64,000 bases of DNA from Paraglomus brasilianum (Eukaryota): contig CAJVPI010000021.1 of assembly GCA_910592345.1 (NCBI GenBank), positions 1 to 64,000 of the forward strand, in the 5' to 3' direction. Shown here piece after piece: positions 1 through 14,070 of this stretch (its first letter is position 1; each line of letters starts with the position of its first letter). The notes beneath the pieces are model-generated. The model searched no databases, was not told where the DNA came from, and was given only the letters and a program-made list of their open reading frames with translations. The position numbers and the translations under genes are program-made.

Positions 1-124
1 TGAGTATTGATAAATCTTATTTAAGTCACTAATTGGATAGCGATTTAGCGATAGTAGGAACGAGCCTAAGAGTTCCGGCGGAAGACGACTAAATCCCAAG
101 GTCGTTACACGAACGCTCTCCCAC
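1..124. repeat. Diverged dispersed repeat, inverted homolog of 3938-4062
   Basis: Reverse complement of 90-124 (tgggagagcgttcgtgtaacgaccttgggatttag) aligns with 3938-3972 (cgggagagcgttcagtaattggccttgggatttag). Reverse complement of 1-60 shares the blocks ctact, taaatcgcta, ttagtgac and atactc with 4003-4062. Confidence 0.7.
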
Positions 125-382
125 GTGTGGCGATCCGACAAGGCACAGAAAAATCTTGGAGGAGAGAATAATTCACCAGTAGCATCACATATGCATGTTG
201 AATTTAAAAGTACCAACAGAAACATAACATCATACTCAATGGCCGACTGTATGGTTGCATCAGCCTGCCCATCATTCTTTATAACAAAGATTTTCTTGAT
301 GACTTCACAAACGAAGAGCTAGCAATTGATAAAGTAATATCCAGAAGCATGGAGAACATTATTAAAGGTAAAAGGTGCAGCA

Positions 383-890
383 TTGAATGAATCTACCAAA
401 GATATATTTGGCTCTTTAATTGCCATTGAAATTCAAAATGCCAGACTTGACTCAGCATTAACTGAAAAACTTCATAAACTCAAAGAAAAGGCTGCTTTAA
501 TCATTGCAGAATGTAAAAACGAAATAGGGACAGGTACAGGTGGAAAAGATCCTGCCATTCTAGCATATGCTAAATATTGTTCTGCTGATGTAAATTTTCA
601 GTTTAATTTGTTCTAAATACTATTACTATATGCAGATTTATTTAGTTCTGTATTATTATTACCAATATATTATTATTATAGTAAACAAAAGAATCTGAAA
701 ATGTACCAATTGTCCTTAGCATTGCAGGTCCTTCAATCTGTATCCTTGAGGCTGTCTTTCTCAATGACAAAATTTTAATTGACCCACTAACAGATTATAT
801 TTGTGTTACACGATTGCTGTGGAATGGCAAACAGATGAAGATTTTGAATAGACTTTTTGAGGCATTATGACATGGCATAAAAAAATCTTA
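383..890 (+). pseudogene. Degraded fragment of a Glomeromycotina-type REase-fold/kinase-associated (Crinkler-like) gene
   Basis: Translates to IIAECKNEIGTGTGGKDPAI and, after an intron-like gap, VLSIAGPSICILEAVFLNDKILIDPLTDYI. These resemble motifs (ExKNEIG.GG.DP; IAGPW.CILGAVF) that I recall from expanded fungal effector/kinase families. Frames are broken and the segment is CpG-poor. Confidence 0.5.
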
Positions 891-1412
891 CATACACAGT
901 GGTTCTTCTCTTATTAAATACTATCATATTTTGCCAGGTGAAACTTTGTCAACAAATTCCTGCTAAAAACCCATTTATTTTGTTGCAGGAGAAAAGTTGT
1001 TCGAAAAAGCAAAATTTTTGTTACAACTGTATCAGGTGTTTAATTGTGACATTCTGTACCTTGATTATGTGGAAAAATTCAACCCCCTAAATTTCATATG
1101 TGCATATTAATATGTGACTTCAGACATGATTGATGCGGAATTTCAGAAAAGGTGACTGGTCAATAATTTTGTGAAATGTCCAATGACTACCATTGCTGGA
1201 ATTTTTAAGCATTTGATTTTAACTGGTATAGTTGTAATAGCTCTTTCTTTTTAACAAAGTCTATCTCCATAGGATCATCCAATGTCTCTTCCTCACTATC
1301 TGAATCAGGGTACCTCAGAAACTGGCTCTCTATAATTATTATCTTGAATAGGGGATAGCTTTTCGAAATTAGGTTCAACTAACCTTACCATGCTTTTATG
1401 ACTACTTTTCAT

Positions 1413-2599
1413 CTACTGCAGGAGAGATTGGTGAATTTTGACCAATGCTGTCAGCACTGCTTGCCTTCCATCTGGCTCTGCAAGATTGAAACCAGTTCTC
1501 AACCCATTTGCTCCTGGCCACCTTTTAATCACAACTGACTGATCTACTGGTAAACCTCTGCCAAGCTCCTCCCAATATGCTGCAGATATTACAGTCTTGT
1601 AAAGTGTAACATATGTAGAGATGATACGAACACCAAATATAGTTTGATTTCTATGTTCCTCAGCGAGACGATTATTTTCATCCCCAAGGGAGAGCATTTT
1701 GGCAGCAAGTTGTGCTTCTCCAAAACCATTCGATTTGCTGATTTTTTTTATTTTTCAGTTGTTTATCCTATTTTTGTAAAAAAGGTCATTGAGCAAACAA
1801 TAATTTGATTTGTCAAACAATTGAAACATACAGACCTCTATAATAATAACCACTAAAGAGGAATTTTCAATATTAATTACCTGCTGAAACTGACACGTCA
1901 CCAATTATTAATTCACAGTGTGGTTTATTTCTGGGTTTGAATGTAGTGCAAAAATTTAAGAAACCATTGGAGTGCACCATAAATTCAAGACAATTCACAT
2001 CGTTACTCACTTGACAATCAAGGGCCATGAATCCAGATCGAGTGTTCGGAGCAACAGATGGTTTACCATTGAGTCAGTAATAGTTTCACCTGTGCCTATA
2101 TCGAGACCTGCATTCTTGACGACAGCATGCAGTTTGTAGAGGAATGCTTTGACGTGTCTATCTGAGATTTTATCAAGCTTGCGAACATTGAAATCTCGCT
2201 TTTCGAGTACGTCACTGTTGATTTCGGGAACAAGGTATTGGCTCGGAAAGTCGGCGACTACATATTTAAAAATTGTTAATCCGAGTTCTCTAGGAGAAAG
2301 TCTAACACAAAATACTTACCGTCAATTGCGGGAATGATTTCATTATCACATATAGCGGGTTGGAAACTCGTTTTTAATATAGCAAGATCTTGGTTTTTAA
2401 ACAGGGATGCTGAGGGATTAATATAGACTGGGTTTAACTCATCACTGGATAAGATCTTTGGATTAGCTGTCGTGACTCTTTTTTGAGACATCTGAGCGGG
2501 GGGAAATAATATGCAAGTAGGTGAGACTAGGACTCTTTGTCGGAGTGTGTATGATGCAGAACGAGAAAACCTCACAACGAAACCAAGTAACGAAGCCAT
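1413..2599 (-). pseudogene. Multi-exon PD-(D/E)XK REase-fold gene with two apparent frameshifts
   Basis: Exons join by GT-AG introns: MASLLGF...PAIDG | VADFPSQYL...DLDSWPLIVK | NKPHCELIIGDVSVSA/VINIENSSLVVIIIE | DKQLKNKK/SKSNGFGEAQLAAKMLSLGDEN...IHQSLLQ*. The IIIE-DK and GEAQ motifs fit an REase fold. Frame breaks lie near 1880 and in the A-run near 1745; the second could be a homopolymer sequencing error. Confidence 0.6.
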
Positions 2600-2982
2600 T
2601 TTCGATCCGATGGTAAAATCATAGAGCGTGGGGGGAAAATCGAGATCGCACTCATTATGACACAGGATATATATCGATTAGATGCGTCAGACTAGCATCT
2701 CACATATTCTCAATTTATAATATCCATATCGCGCGATCAATTTTGTGATGACGTTCAACAGGATGCACAGTAAAGAATGTTTTATACAGTTAACCAAAAT
2801 TTTATTTTCTACAAATATAATAAAAGTAAAAGAACACGAATTAATATGGTGCAGTAGTTATATACATTTGTTTGCCTGATGCCTCGAAAGAGGTCCGTCT
2901 AATACAATATAAAAAACTTGGACCATAGCGAGACTGCATGGGAGGGAGCTCCAAAGCTTGCCCGAAGGCGACGACTACCCCT

Positions 2983-3438
2983 ATTCTCTCGTCCCGCTAG
3001 GTCCAGAGCTATCACTATTTTCCTCCTCTTCTACCTCTGTATCTAATTCTCGCTCATTATCAACCCATAGCCTAATAAATTCTATGGTTTCATCAGCGGG
3101 ATTACGGGTTAAACGCTTGTGAAATTTCCGGATAGTCGCATCTTCAAGACGCTGGCCCAGCTCCCTTATTTCATTGATGACTCGGTTCGTTTCTCTAGTC
3201 GACGTTTGTCTTTGATCGAAATCTTGCCAGAGAGTTTGAACATCGCCAGTATAATTTTGAGGCGTTCTGTTAGGCCCGGACCGTCGAGAACCAGAATTAC
3301 TGTCGCGACTGCCAACACCATTTTGATGTCGCGAATTTCATAGCCCATTAGAGTTATATTGCGGTCAAGATCGTTGATTTTTTGTAGCAATTCGGTATTA
3401 GCGCTTGAGTTTCGCCGTGATCTTTTGATAGCAGACAA
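2983..3438 (-). pseudogene. Fragmented intronless ORF of unknown function in a compositionally distinct (CpG- and TpA-rich) segment
   Basis: ORF 3166-3438 continues in a shifted frame as ...KRLTRNPADETIEFIRLWVDNERELDTEVEEEENSDSSGPSGTRE*. No family recognised. Confidence 0.3.
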
Positions 3439-6400
3439 TTCCGCAGTTATACGGTTTTCCTAGTGACCTTTAAACTAGACTTTCCTGCTCACGACTCTTA
3501 GTGTCGATCTGTCCTCGATTCTCTATCGCGGGACAAGAGGCGATTATTCTTTTCCGATATAGGAATTAATGGTTCCAACGGTTATATCGAATAATTCAGA
3601 GAATGAGATATCAAACATATATGTTCATTGAATAAATGAAATACCCGTTTATAAACAGTAATATTATATAAAAATAAAGAATCAAAGGAATCTAACACTT
3701 CGAACACACCGAAACTAGCTGAGAATAAACAAATTTGAGGGTCGGCTCTTTGACTTTTCCTGTCGTATTGCCTTAACCTGTAGGAAGGGGAGATTATTCA
3801 TCACAGTAACAATTTGTCATACAGTACTTTCTTGTTGTGCAAAGTGAGCAAAAAAAAATAGAGGTTGAAAAGACATAATAAAAAAGTCAAAAATTTTTTC
3901 AAGGCAACAAATCAATATAGTGTCGAGCCAACTACTGCGGGAGAGCGTTCAGTAATTGGCCTTGGGATTTAGCTCTTTCAATTGAGGCTTGGTCAACCTC
4001 TATCTACTCTTGTGTAAATCGCTAATATAGTTAGTGACCTTAAAATTGTCTTTAATTATACTCGCAATGATCGATCGGTATAACGCGGATTTTCGACTGT
4101 CAATTATGCTATGCCTCTACTACTACCCTTTATCGGTAATGGGATTTAGTTTCGATCGTTCGTAGGATACATCGGGGATAATAAACGCGTTCATTAGAAA
4201 CCCGCGGTTTACGACTGCAGAATCGCTGAAGTAGCCATGGATGATTAATGACCAATATGTATGTCGTTTATTACATAAATAATAAGAGTACAGGTATTAA
4301 GAGAACGGAATCCAATTTATAAGATAAAGATCATGTTGAAGATTAGCTGATCGTAAGATATCGTTTACTACAGACTACTATTGTTTAAATATAAATCAAA
4401 ATTGGCCCGATTTGACGTTTGTCGCAAATGTCTGTCCCACCGACCATACGGTCCTGGCAATACGAAAGTACAAAGTTTATCGAATGGATTTCTTGTTCTC
4501 GTCCTATAAAATCAAGATCTTTTTTTCCCCCGCTTTACCTTAGCAGTAAGGGTACTGTTGACTTAGAACCAGACGTGGTTGTCAACGAAAGATTCAAGTC
4601 ACCTGTACAAATATTTCCTAGTCGAACAATGTATAAGAACTAAAGATTGATAATGGAATGTTTGTTTGCGACGATAAAGTGTTCTTACTCGAATCAAAAG
4701 CACAAAATGACAGATGTGTATAAAAGAATTATTATCTATGGCAACCTGGCTCACTTGTAAATCTTGACATTCAGGAACATGTAGAAAACCTCAAAAGTTA
4801 CAGATAGTCCGGAATTCAAACAATTGTTTATATCGGCGTTGCCTTTGGTTCGTTATTTCCATTGGAGTTGCTATTTCTTTCGTATAGGCCTATCTCTTGG
4901 AACTGTTGACGAGTAGTTTTTCCGAGAATCAATGTGATTACTCTGTTATCATATGAAGTGTTTCTTATTTTTAACGTGTTGGAAAAATAAAAAATGATAT
5001 ACATACAGTATATCGATCATTGCTTGATCCCTGTTATTGTGGATATATGCAGGTGACTTTTATTCTCCATAACATGCATATCTCACAATTTTCGACTATT
5101 TTTCTCATCGGTCATATCTTTAGCATCTTGATCACACAGCCATTGCACGTAGGTTTGTGCATAATAGCCCCCTGGTTAGTCACACGAGTATAAACATGTA
5201 AGTAGTGTGCTGCTATTATTAGATTATTGACAGAATGATTGGTTTCTATGCTTAGTTATACCGAAACGGGCACACTTATGAATATAGGATATTCTCCGTC
5301 TAAACAGTGGTGAAAATCAAGAGGTTGATGGATACTAATTTGGAGAAACAGGTGATGTCGGGAGTTGGTGGTTTTTTTTTTTTTTTGACAAAATGATTTA
5401 CTATAACAGGATGTCGTTATGTAATGCACTGCACCAGAAGATCGACTACCTTTTTCGGGTTGCCATAGATTAACAACTTTGATAAGAAATGTTTAAGTCG
5501 ACATTTTGACACTACTGTAGTTTTGTACATGCAAAGTTTGCGTCCATCGATAATTGGTCAAGGTGTTAACGATGGAAATGACGATTCTTAAACTCGCATT
5601 AATGCTCATATCGATATATTACTTTTCACTTTCTGTTCTCGGTAATCCAGTAACTGTTCTGAAACGTTTTGGTTACCGAGTTTCCGCGGTTATACGGTAC
5701 ATCAAAAGTATGCATTTTATTAGTATTGATATCTTTACTTTCTTGATTAGACTTTGATAACCGGTTTTCAAGCTGTTATCATCTTTTGTGATACCGGCAA
5801 AGCCATAGCCTCGAAGAAGAGCGGGATTCTATTTTGGTTGGATGTTTGGATGCGATGATGCACAGCAACCAACTATTTTGAGTATGTTGGACAAGAAAAT
5901 AGTCTGGCTTTTTTTACTTTGAACCAATTCTCGTTGTAAAAGCTCGTGCCTCCTAGCTGAGAAAAAAACCTTGCCACAATCCTGCTTCTGACAGGTAGAA
6001 ATTAGCGCACTCAAATAACTTAATTCACGTGTGACAAATAAATGGTTATCACAATGAAATCAGTAGACTTTTCGAAAGTCTCCTAGACAAAAAATTCACC
6101 AAACTAGTCTTTAATGGTAAGTTTGCTACATTTCATTGTAAACAGGCTCGAGTCTATCAAGATGCGCAAGATTACAAATGTGTTAATATTAATATGGAAG
6201 ACAAAATCCTAAACCGTTCAAGGGGCGTTTTTTCGAGGCTTACAAATGTTTCTGGCAATTTGATGTTGTACAGGGTTCCTTAACATTTGCTGGATTGATG
6301 TTTGCCCATTCGGCCCGTTGACTTTTGGTCAAGTAGTTCATTAATGCTTGTCCAAACAATACGAGTATTAATATTAATATGAACTTCTTTAAACAATACA

Positions 6401-7175
6401 TCAGCGTGTGCTGAAAAAAAAAAGTCTGCAGTACCACACAGCCCGACCGTCAAAGTGAGATTTAATTTTTTTAAAAAAAAAAAAAAGAGACAGGTAAAAT
6501 AGCTCTTCTTTAGTAACAAGTGACACATTGTATATTTACGTGCATTCATGCATGTAACACAAACTATGCAATAATAGCAACAATTCCTCATTATTACATA
6601 GCTGATACAGTTATAATGCCTTTATTGTTTGGCCGAAGGAGCATAATTTTTCCATTAAATCCCGAAGTAACCGGAAAAAAAAAGGACCAACCAATGAACC
6701 GGTAGCGAACATGGTTACATTTGACCTTGGACAAAGGAAAAAGAGAATGGGCTATTATGTATGAATTTATAAGCATGTGTACTCTTACTTGAAATTCCAT
6801 TCTCCATTAGATGTAACAATGATGTTCCATTCCTTGTATTACCTTCCTCGACTATATCATCTGTTGCCCCTCTTCCACCAAAGACTTTGTCGTCAGTCTG
6901 CCTTGTCCCACGAGAAAGAAAAACTAACGACTGTAACAGCAGCGATAAAAGGAAAGAGCGAGGTTGCCGACCATCTTCAATTTAAGGACAAAATACCTTT
7001 TTCCTCCGATGCTGTTGAAATCATTAGCTAAAAATATATATAACGTCTAGTGTAAATTTAGTTAGAATTTTAACGTCTCGTTGTAATATCCCTCTTCTAT
7101 TTGCAACTCTTTATTGCAACCCCTCTCCATAATTATTATATCAATTTCTTTTTTATTCTCTTATTTCCAAGAATT

Positions 7176-8348
7176 ATGTCTGCTAAAATAACACTACATA
7201 GTCCAACACTTTCCCTTGCTCCGCTTCTTCTTCCCTCCTCACCCACCGACTCTGTCATAGACCTCTCTTTTTCGTCACCACCACATAAACGCCGCAATAG
7301 TTTACCAGTCTCCCATGTGTCCATACTCTCCCGTATACTATTTCTTCTTACTTGTGCGGCTATCACACTCTTTGGAATTGTGTTGTTATTGCGAACAATA
7401 CCCAACTTATCACTCCCTACAACAATAGAACGAGTAAAGATACTAGCAGAGGCGTTAGAGGACTATTCAAATGGGAGTTGGGAAGGATGGACTCATATAG
7501 TGTTTGTATTGAGTGTTATCTATGTATGGAAGCAGGCGTTCTCAGTGCCAGGAGCTATATTTTTGGTATGTTGGCTGGGAAATTGGGGATAACGGCGTGT
7601 CAAGTGTGAAAGTCGGATTGTCTTTTTAGACTTGGTAAAATTAACATTCGTCTTAAATTTCAAATCAGAACATACTCGCTGGAGCACTATACGGCCCAGT
7701 CGTTGCCACTCTATTAACTTCCCTCTTAACTGGAATCGGCGCATCTTTTGCATACTTGATTGGTAAATTCGTCGGTGAGCCTATCTTTGAGCAGCATTTT
7801 CCGGAGAAAGTCACCTTCCTCCGTAAGCAAGTAGAGGAAAATAAAGATGGACTATTTTATTATTTGGTATTCATAAGGATGTTTCCTCTGTCGCCCTGGT
7901 GGTGAGTACTCTTTTTTTTGGGAAGAGGTTGGGTGAGAGCTTGCGTGCAGAGTTTCGTAGGATATTGGTTGTCAACTTTGTTTTAAAACTGACTCAAAAG
8001 TGTAATCACGTGCAAATTTGTATATCATATAATAACTAAACTGTCTCTTCTCTATTTCAATTCAGGCTTCTTAACCTCGCCTCACCACTACTTTGCGTTC
8101 CTCTGGCACCTTTTTTCTTCTCAATGGTCTTTGGCTCAATCCCATATAACCTTGCATGCTGTCAAGCAGGTGATATTCTCCAAGAACTTACCTCCACAGC
8201 CGACATATGGCAACCAGTTTTACTGTTGAAGATGTTATTGGTGTCAATATTGAGTTTGGTTCCGCCATTTTTGACAAGGCGACTCAAGCGATGGAATGAA
8301 GAGCGGGTTGCAAAGGGCATAATGGTCTCGGAAATGACCAGCGTATGA
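7176..8348 (+). CDS. TMEM41: TMEM41-like DedA/VTT (SNARE-associated Golgi protein) family membrane protein, 3 exons
   Basis: Exons ~7176-7565, 7669-7901, 8066-8348 give YVWKQAFSVPGAIFL|NILAGALYG...FIRMFPLSPWW|LLNLASPLLCVPLAPFFFSMVFGSIPYN, the TMEM41/VTT signature motifs (F.IPG, R.FP..P.W..N..SP). Confidence 0.88.
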
Positions 8349-9439
8349 TTTAATGTATTTCTAATATTAGCGGAGAATCGAGGTGTCGTGTCAGACAATA
8401 ATCAAAGAGAGTAGGAGAAAAAGAGGAGCAGAGTGACAAGTGTGTTAATATGTGTGTAATTTTAGTTTTAGCTAATGAACCATGTTCAAATTGGACTTTT
8501 TTATGAATCCCTCTATTACTATGGAGGGTGTTGATGAAGCAGTTGATGTAAAAAAAAAATAATAGAAATTGACTGTGGTCATAGATAAATAAGTCTATGG
8601 TATATGAAATTGTAACAGTAATAAATTAGCAATATTATTCTAATAACAAATGTCCGAATGTCAAAGCTTATTAACTTACACACATCGTTTGCAAGGTGAA
8701 TAAACTCCATCACGTGTTTGTGGATATATGCATAATGAATGAGCGTTTTCTTGTATTAGATACTTTTATTATTCAATCACCACATTCACCCAATGAAATA
8801 TCCTCAGTTCAGACAATGGGGCACCTGTTCAATACCCATCAACCAGTCGGGGAAACTGATTTTTACCACTCATTTTGCATAAGTCTGCATAAATTATACG
8901 CGTAAACCAGGTGATAAAAATGATCTGTATGCATTCAACTTAATATTAGGCAAACTCTTGTGGGAAACTACATTCATGGTAATCATCTATGGAAATAATG
9001 CCATTAACGTTAATAACAGAAATAAGCAGTAATATAGTTAACTTGTTTGTTTGATCTTATCGCCAAGGTATTAATTGATATGTCAAAATGAGTCGCAATG
9101 AACAAAATTTTTGCCAGAGAAATCTCAATATTGCAAGAGTTAAACAAGTTTAAGCGTATCTTATTATTACATACTTACAGAACCTTGGTGTTTAAAGGTA
9201 AGACTTCAAGATGGGCTGAACGCGTATAATCACCAACGCAAACAACCGAGACCGATCCTGGATCGATCAAATAGATGGCTTTATCCCAATTACAGGGTCA
9301 AGAATGTCGACATGCGATTTACAGTCGTACCAACAATGCTTGATTACGTCATCAAAGAAATGTCAGTAAATCCCATAGCGAACCTAACTGAATCGTTTAA
9401 TGTTGATTATTTCCCACTTCGTTGCCTCTTACTGTAAAG

Positions 9440-11569
9440 ATGTCTCTATATGGGGACTTGCCACCTCCCACCCACGCTACAACTTCGAACGGTGCCTCCG
9501 ATGAAGACCAGCAGAAACAGTCTGTCTCAGACATACAGTCAGCAAATCCGAAGACTAAACAATCTGCCCTCCCAGGTACAAGCTGTCCTGGAAAAAAAAA
9601 TGCTTAATGAGACGACAAGAGTGGCTCGGATGTTATGATAAGTTGTTAAAAAGCTCAATCAAAAGCAAAAAGATTAGTCAACTTACTTCTGTCATTTCGC
9701 CTGAATGAAACCGTTGGTTATTGGAACTCTATTATTCAGCCGGGTGGGCGTCTGCGTCACTACGTTTCATGCCTCAACGAAAACCTGTGGTGCAAGCAAA
9801 GCCACGACTTGTTCCTAGAGTCACAGTTGCCTCCTCCACCACCACTGTCGCCAGCTCTGTCACTTCTGCTGCTGAAAGTAAAGTCTTGGCAACGACCATA
9901 AATAGTAGCGCTTCAGCTACACAAGCAAAGCAGCCTAGTACTTCGGAGGATGTGAATGAGTTTAAACCAGCTTGGACTAATCCTCGCGTTCAGCGGACCA
10001 GTTTTGATAAAGTGAGTTGTTATTTAACAGTGTTTACGCAATCCAAAAGGAAAATCATTTGTCTCGCAATTTAAGACCAACCACAGTGTGAAAATTCGTT
10101 AAAAGAAAAAAGCTAATAAAGGCGTAAAGAAGCAAACCCCTTTGCGCATGGAAGATGATTATGATCCTACGCGACCGAATGATTATGAGGAATATAAGGA
10201 ACTCGAAAAGCGACGTCGTGAAGAATTGAGTCGGCGTTATGTAGAAAGAAAGCGTCATCGGTCTAATAGTCCTGAGAGTGATAAACATTCTCCGTCCAGT
10301 AAATATGCAATTATTGGGTTTAACGTTACCATGTCCTCGGAATGGTACTGAAATCATTTACATATTTTCTTTTTCAGTACATTTTGCGCCACCTTCATCG
10401 TATGCGGATTCACCGCCGTCATCGAAAGCCAGCGAGTTGGCCGAGGATACCTCTGCTTCACGTCTCGCACCGGCCAAGGTTGACCTTGATATTTCTGGTG
10501 AAGAAGCTTATTTGCGTCGCGCGCGTTTGAGTAGTAAGCCAGCAGTGACTGAAAATACTCTAAAGTAACTATGCTTGGTCATTAATTGCTTGTCGTGTTT
10601 TATCGTTAATTAACGTTTTTTATTTTTAGGACACAGCCAGAGGTGCGTGTTGCTGGTCTTGGTTCTGGCGAAGAATTTGCTCAGCGGATGCTGGCAAAGT
10701 ATGGCTGGCAGGAGGGACAAGGTTAGGAAAGACAGGCTTTTCATCCAGCCGGCATATGTACATGAATGCTTATAATATTTATTTGAACCTACAGGCCTTG
10801 GAAAGAGTGAGCAGGGTATTAGCGAGCCTTTAATAGTACAAAAGACTGATGCTAGAACAGCCATAATATCAAACGTATCAACAAATTCAACAGGTATTTA
10901 TTTCCTTCTTGTCATTGTCTAATACGAATTCCGTACTAACATTGCATGACCACATGCAACCGTTTTTGCAACCTATTCTCTAAGCACGCTTTAGCGATTC
11001 GTTGGCTACGAAAGCAAACACTGCAGATCGTATCAACTCACCGCCTGATACAGAAGCGCCATCTAGAGTTGTATTACTGACAAACATGGTATTTAGCATA
11101 TAATGGTTTCTGCTTTGCAAATGCAAAATTGGATAAAAAAAGAAAAAGAAAAAAAGAGCACGATACTGATTAATGTTTATAGGTTGGTCCGGGTGAAGTA
11201 GACGATACGCTGCAAGAAGAGACAGCCGACGAGTGTAATGAGAAATACGGGACTGTCGAACGTTGCCTGATTTTTGAGGTAAAGTTATTACGAGCCGACT
11301 TTTTATCACCACGCTTTAATTAACAACCGGAATATTTGTTAAAGGTACCAAATGGTCAACTTTCTGATGATGAGGCTGTGAGAATTTTTGTGAAATTTGT
11401 CGGCCAAGAGGCTGCTGTCAAAGCTAAGCGTGATCTAAACGGTCGTTTTTTTGGTGGCCGGGCAGTTACTGCAAAATTTTTTGATGAGGGGCGTTTTGAT
11501 AGATTGGATTTGGCTCCTTCTCCTTCTGAACTTCAAAGAGCCAAGAAAAAGGATCACGGAATTGGATAA
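9440..11569 (+). CDS. RBM17: Splicing factor 45 (G-patch plus C-terminal UHM/RRM), multi-exon
   Basis: N-terminal MSLYGDLPPP; SF45 motif YDPTRPNDYEEY; SGEEAYLRRARLS; G-patch FAQRMLAKYGWQEGQGLGK; UHM SRVVLLTNMVGPGEVD...EAVRIFVKF...LNGRFFGGR. GT-AG introns throughout. Confidence 0.92.
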
Positions 11570-12330
11570 GATACAATATGATTATCACAGTATATCGCCA
11601 CATAATTTCGGTTAAAGAGGAATAGGAGCGAACTCGTGTTGGGAGGGGATCTGTTGTAGTTGTGACAGAGAAAATGGTTTATTACGTGTAATTTTATTCC
11701 ATACGACACATCGCCTCTAATTCAGACAATATAATTTGACACCAATCAAGGACAAATTTTGTATATCTCGCTTCGTAGATGGATTTCACATTTAGAATGC
11801 ACTATTGGAATGTTGATGTTTTCCCAACATAGTAAAAAGAATTTGTGACCATGAAACGCAATTCTAAACTCATAGATAACTCCAAGTGTTTGTAATGAAG
11901 CAGAGCTCTTACTTAATACAGGCGATGATTGAGAATCGGTAGTAAGTCTGGTTGAATAAGAGGGGAAAACTATGCGAGGTTTGGTTGTTGATTGTCCATC
12001 CACCAAAGGAAACATTCGCGAAATAATTTAACAATAAATCTCATGGTTTTTAGTGGTGTTTTTGAAATCCATTATTAAAGAGCACCAACCCGCTAAAAAA
12101 ATAAATTATTTCGCTATTAGAAACGGACACATTGGAGCTTGAAACTATTAAACTGATAAAGTATCTTAACTTGTTTGATTATCCAATCTTTGACATTTTT
12201 AAACTAGGGCCTACTATTACTATTGATGGAAGGTATCTTCCAGAAATTATATCTGTGACAGTACCCAATATTAATCTATGGTACTTTCAGCCATCATAAT
12301 TAATAATTTTGTCCGTGTTAAAACTCACGT

Positions 12331-12734
12331 TCATTTCTTCTTTGAAGCTGCGACTACAGCACGTCTTCCATGGCCTGAAAATGATGACATTTCGAGTTTA
12401 AATATCTTGTCTTTTTTTTTGTCTATTGCCAGGCCTAAAACTCTGTCAACTTACCCTTCTTCGGTGCTCCCTTCCCTCTCCTTTTTCTTCTAGCAATATC
12501 ATCTAACCTACGCTGCTCGTCTTGATCAACCAAGTTAAAATCTGGAAACATATCACTTATTCTCTTCAGTTTGATCATTTTCGTCGGATACCAATTGACT
12601 ATACTCGGACCAATAAGACGCTGTTTTAAGATTTTGTTGCCAGTATGTGCGGAAGTTGGATTGTAGACTGTGTTAAAAAGGGAGCAAGTCAACTCTTGAA
12701 GTTTAAGCAGGCGAGGCTTTAGGGGAAGTGCCAT
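12331..12734 (-). CDS. RSM27: Mitochondrial small-subunit ribosomal protein mS33 (Rsm27), 2 exons
   Basis: LFNTVYNPTSAHTGNKILKQRLIGPSIVNWYP...RRKRRGKGAPKKG. Intron 12375-12454 is followed by HGRRAVVAASKKK*. Confidence 0.92.
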
Positions 12735-12925
12735 TTTAAAGGTATATTGAGACAGAAAGGTGGATCATCAAAATTAATCCCGTGATACTAGTTGCCAGTA
12801 CTAGTGTCAAAACCGGCAACTGTCCAATCGCCCTGTCAACCTGCTTAGGGTTGCTAGAATGTTCAGATGCAAAATCTGGTTAGTAATCACAGAACTTTTT
12901 GAACCACCCACGTAGTTTCGTAGTT

Positions 12926-13125
12926 ATTGAAACAAAATCGGATTAAAACGAAATTTGGGGTCTTCTTGTATCCTCTTTTAATGCCTCTGAAACCCACATG
13001 TTAATATACTCTTCTATTAACAAAAGTTACCCTAAATCCCCCCAAAAAAATAATTGCCCCCCAAAAAATTATATATTTTCATATTAAATAGAGAAAATTT
13101 CGTTTAATCCGATTTCGTCTTAATC
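12926..13125. mobile_element. MITE-like element with ~21-30 bp terminal inverted repeats
   Basis: aaatcggattaaaacgaaattt (12935-12956) versus aaatttcgtttaatccgattt (13095-13115), extending outward with transition mismatches. The interior is non-coding and AT-rich. No clear target-site duplication. Confidence 0.55.
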
Positions 13126-13350
13126 TGTCACAGTTATTAAGATTTTTCACATCGAAAGATTGCGTGATAATCCGTGATAAGAAAAATATGGGTATAAAAG
13201 CGATCCATACAATTTTTTTCTCTATCACTTGTTTCCGAATCCATCAAATCCATCTCTCTTCAATCTTTCAATATGAGCATCAAATTAGAAGGTTCAGAAG
13301 CATCTACGGTGTCCTGGGAGACTAGACAAGCCTCCCAAATTAATATGGCA

Positions 13351-13925
13351 TTTAAATAGTGTTTATTAACATGGTATTGAGTAGTGTTTATAATAATGTC
13401 AGAAAGTATGACTAATGGCCACAATACAATAGATCTTTGCGTATATTGACATGCCATTGGAAGCATTGACGCCAGAGCAAAAGGAAGATGTTGTCAACGT
13501 CAGTCTTTCTAGATAATGTCAATATCCGCAAAGCGATACACGATTGAAAGATATGACGGCGAGATAATTGGGAAAGATTTATTTATCAAAGTGAGTTTCT
13601 GAAAGAAACAATGTATATGTAGAGTTTTGATTATTAGATTTGAATCCACTTAGGTTTTCTATGACAGAGATCCAGATCGTAGTCGCGCTTTATCTAAAAT
13701 TAGCTTTGTTTTGGCCGATGCCGAATTGCTATCCCACACGCGGCCAACCCTTTTCCCCAGAACCAAAATCCAGGAATAACTACGACACTAGCAACTTCAC
13801 TTGAAGTTCCTCCTAGATCCCCATATACCGTGAATAGAGGTAGCAGTCTGATTTATTATAGAATGGATTGAAACGAGCACCTCGACCTAAGATGTCGTTG
13901 GAGAATTGAATTCAATATTATGCTT
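13351..13925 (+). pseudogene. Internally deleted, indel-riddled copy of the 14765-15436 Uma2/REase-like gene (left arm of an inverted duplication)
   Basis: 13351-13600 matches the reverse complement of ~15245-15436, and 13620-13925 matches the reverse complement of ~14765-15015. The ~15030-15240 segment is missing from this copy. Confidence 0.75.
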
Positions 13926-14070
13926 AATGTAATTTCTCAATCATAATCCATAAATATATATAACAAAGTAGAAGGGGACACCACATCAATATCTTTTCTC
14001 TTCATTAGAATACCAATATTTTCCATCGCGTCTATCAGTCCTGTCTTCCAACCTCATTAGCCATGTACTT

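Noticed and set aside
4380..6010. Possible flavin amine oxidase pseudogene on the minus strand (GYQSLIKK, MTDEK fragments)
   Set aside because: The fragments are too short and broken to support a call without a search.
6230..6440. Possible Tc1 transposase C-terminal fragment (AEWANINPANVK)
   Set aside because: A single weak motif with no catalytic residues or TIR.
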